This document shows positions 62,876 to 64,000 of a stretch of 64,000 bases of DNA, piece by piece. Source of the stretch: Veleropilina oligotropha (Eukaryota); assembly GCA_048128005.1 (NCBI GenBank), contig JBEUKZ010000131.1, forward strand, positions 124,001-188,000. The letters are read 5' to 3'. The notes under the pieces were generated by a model. The model worked only from the letters and a program-made list of their open reading frames with translations, had not been told where the DNA came from and searched no databases. Each line of letters begins with the position of its first letter. Within the stretch, counting starts at the first letter, position 1. The translations under genes and the position numbers were made by a program.

Positions 62876-64000
62876 CAACTGGTGATGATGACGTTGAACA
62901 AGACGAGACTCACATTGACACACTAGAACTGATGATTACAGAAGATGACCGACCTGTGGACGTCACCGAGGAAGACTCCTTGTTCTCGGAAACCATCCAG
63001 ATAGATCGCAAACCGCAAGAGGTAAAACTGCAGTTCGGGATTCCAGATGTTTCCCAACAGATGATTTCAATTGAGAAAATCACTGACGTCAATCAGGAAA
63101 CTCCCGGAGAGGTTCAAACATCATCCTTGACAATTCAACACGAGGAAGAGCTCAAACCAGTGGAGATGCAAATAAAACTCCCAACGGATGGCGACTTCGT
63201 GACCACAAAGGAGACACAGGTGACTAAAACTGAGGTGCGACGGATCTCGGTGGATCAGATTCAACAACCTGCCGAGATGCACAAAGAGACCATCGAGATC
63301 ATCCAGAAACCAAAACCGGAAGAAGTTATATTCAAATTTGTTTCTCCTGATAAAGAACAGCCAGAGATGGAAAGTGCTCCCAAACCAGAGGTCACTGAGA
63401 CACAAATCCGCGAACAGATCAAAAAGTCGGAAATCAAAGTCGAATCCAAAACAAAAGACGTCGATGTCCCTGTGACCGAGGTCAGCACAGCCAAGCTGGA
63501 TGTTTCCGAAACACTTGTTCAATCTCCTCGCCCAATGGACGAGCAGATCACCCTAACCAGGGACACGGTTGTCAAGCAGACGGAAGAAATAATAGAACAG
63601 GAGACAGTCGAGAGACAAATCGTTGTTGATATCTCAGAGAAGGTGAAGGAGCTAGAAAAGCAAACCCCCGCCCCGGATCAACAAATTGAAATATCTGAAC
63701 GAGATATTCTTTTCATCTCAGAAAAGAAACCTCAGGAAAAACATACAGAAGAAATGTCTTTTGACATTAAAGGCAAACCTCAGGAAGAAGTCCAAATCAG
63801 CTTCCAGTTGGATCAAGTAGATCAACCCACGGAAGTCACTCAGGTGGAAATCCCTGTCGTTGAAGATACGAAGACAGAGATTGAAACTTTTGTCTCCGAG
63901 ACCGAGATCCGCAAGGAGATGCAAGTTTCTGGCTTGGATGAGACGCACAAAGAAGAAATGTTTCTTCAGATCGAAGGCGACACAAAACCAAAGGAGGTGG
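62876..64000 (+). CDS. TTN: Exon (truncated by window end): acidic Glu/Thr/Ile-rich PEVK-like region
   Basis: ttgtag|CA..; phase 1 matches 59679; frame appears open to the window end. Confidence 0.88.

Larger units (their letters stand above)
63..64000 (+). other. TTN: Titin/sallimus-family giant muscle protein gene (internal portion; start and end lie outside the window)
   Basis: Chain of in-phase GT-AG exons encoding about 20 I-set Ig domains (W..G, FPEDxGxYxCxAxN signatures) plus Pro/Glu-rich linkers. Ig order resembles vertebrate titin Ig3-Ig10 (from recall). Confidence 0.9.

Overview
AT-rich eukaryotic genomic DNA, probably from a lophotrochozoan invertebrate (inferred from the repeat landscape). 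The whole window is internal to one multi-exon + strand gene encoding a giant titin/sallimus-family muscle protein. About 55 exons can be phased by eye using GT-AG junctions. From recall, the first eight Ig domains look collinear with vertebrate titin Ig3-Ig10. A ~19.6-kb cassette of up to 18 symmetric phase-2 exons sits in the Ig7-Ig8 linker. It alternates eight copies of an unrecognised ~33-aa motif exon (Y[DE]IxxEGxVQQIxYASExxxG) with Pro-rich exons carrying a repeated PSVAE[AT]KKxFE..SPxxKRR motif. A probable novex-3-like read-through terminal exon lies at 45.8-46.7 kb. Introns hold three minisatellites seeded from the gene's own splice junctions, a 5.9-kb 36-bp satellite, a full-length Tc1 (DD34E) element with one nonsense codon, Helitron/Helentron-type elements, MITEs and tRNA-derived SINEs. 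All exon calls are manual and lack transcript support.
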